Shown here: one piece after another, positions 8,018 through 8,514 of the stretch
How positions within the stretch are numbered: the stretch's first letter is position 1
How the letters are laid out: each line of letters opens with the position of its first letter
Notes under the pieces: model-generated
Databases searched by the model: none
Told to the model about the DNA's origin: nothing
Seen by the model: the letters and a program-made list of their open reading frames with translations, nothing else
Source: a virus
Taxonomy: Duplodnaviria; Heunggongvirae; Uroviricota; Caudoviricetes
Length of the DNA: 8,514 nt
Direction: 5' to 3' (one strand)
Virus record (IMG/VR): IMGVR_UViG_2681813225_000025
Position numbers and translations under genes: made by a program

Positions 8018-8216
8018 AAAGACTACACATAGCAATGTCGTTATTTACAACCGGAGGCGCACTCCCACCATTTAAATTTGACAGACAAGACCGACTCTTT
8101 ATGGATACCGGAAATGCGCCTTCGTGTTATGCCCGGTTTTATTTCACCACCTCCGGGCTTTGGTGGCCTCGGCTATACCTCTACAGCGAGAATATTGAAT
8201 TAATCCAGTAAATGGA

Positions 8217-8369
8217 TTAGCTGGTATTTTTGGCAAGCCAGCGACGTGCGCCTGTTTCAGTTTTAAATGTTTTGCTTTTGGTATACGTCATGGCGGTGAA
8301 CGTTCCATCCTGGTTGGGGAACACGCCACACACTAGGGATTCGTTGTTGCCGAGGTCGATTTTTTGCAT
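8217..8369 (-). CDS. ydaF: YdaF-like small prophage protein (50 aa)
   Basis: Not in the ORF track. Hand-translated: MQKIDLGNNESLVCGVFPNQDGTFTAMTYTKSKTFKTETGARRWLAKNTS, TAA stop at 8217..8219, immediately followed by a perfect 7-bp hairpin (TAATCCA/TGGATTA). Weak RBS. Identity from memory of Rac gene order and size. Confidence 0.5.
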   Translation of the reverse strand: MQKIDLGNNESLVCGVFPNQDGTFTAMTYTKSKTFKTETGARRWLAKNTS

Positions 8370-8379
8370 TTTGCGAATC

Positions 8380-8514
8380 TCACATCTTGTTGCTGCATAT
8401 AGCGGCTTCTGCCTGCCAGAGATCCCAGTCGTTGCTGCGTAGAGCCTGTACAGCTTGGCTGTAAGTGATACCGCAACAATCCATCAAATACTGAACTACT
8501 TCGTAATGCACCAT
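8380..8514 (-). CDS. ydaG: YdaG-like small prophage protein (44 aa); start codon is the last 3 nt of the window
   Basis: Hand-translated: MVHYEVVQYLMDCCGITYSQAVQALRSNDWDLWQAEAAICSNKM, TGA stop at 8380..8382. Because the ATG sits at the window edge, an upstream extension cannot be excluded. Confidence 0.5.
   Translation of the reverse strand: MVHYEVVQYLMDCCGITYSQAVQALRSNDWDLWQAEAAICSNKM

Larger units (their letters stand above)
414..8514 (-). mobile_element. Left arm of a Rac-like lambdoid prophage (int-xis-ralR-recT-recE-racC-ydaE-kilR-rha-ydaF-ydaG); continues beyond the right edge of the window
   Basis: Lambda-family tyrosine integrase and excisionase next to a host gene, followed by the characteristic Rac early-left gene set, all co-oriented. 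The exact left boundary (attL core) cannot be fixed without attR or an empty-site sequence. Confidence 0.8.

Noticed and set aside
7911-8075. 54-aa plus-strand ORF (MLLTVPRALSRIHRKHHKIHFKK...) downstream of the GATAAT element
   Set aside because: No SD, highly basic low-complexity product that reads through the GC hairpin; more likely non-coding. Kept only as a remote possibility within the finding on 7801..8216.
8230-8442. 70-aa plus-strand ORF
   Set aside because: Antisense to the ydaF/ydaG-like genes; no RBS.
1-8514. CRISPR arrays, tRNA or rRNA genes, IS elements
   Set aside because: No regularly spaced repeats of 25-40 bp with spacers, no tRNA-like cloverleaf candidates that I could find by eye, and no transposase-like ORFs or terminal inverted repeats. 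The only repeats are the short ones reported above.

Overview
This window appears to be the left (attL-proximal) arm of a Rac-like lambdoid prophage, inserted just downstream of a host gene for a small secreted protein (YebY-like, 1..342). All calls are from reading the sequence and from recalled protein families; no database search was run. After a strong intrinsic terminator and an att-like region (IHF-consensus site plus tandem 10-bp repeats), every phage gene lies on the minus strand as one early-left operon: int (735..1811), xis, a 62-aa unknown, Lar/RalR, RecT, RecE, RacC-like, YdaE-like, KilR, a Rha-family protein, then small YdaF/YdaG-like genes at the right edge. Several gene pairs are tightly overlapped (recE/recT ATGATTAA, ralR/small ORF ATGTATAA, kilR/ydaE TAATG). 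The most unusual part is where Rac of E. coli K-12 carries sieB: here there is a Rha-family gene with an uncharacterised C-terminal domain, preceded by about 700 bp with no convincing ORF but with two terminator-like hairpins and short tandem repeats. I treat that as the best candidate for an accessory or exclusion module or an unannotated RNA, but its function is inference only. Most plus-strand ORFs in the supplied track are antisense shadows of the minus-strand genes.
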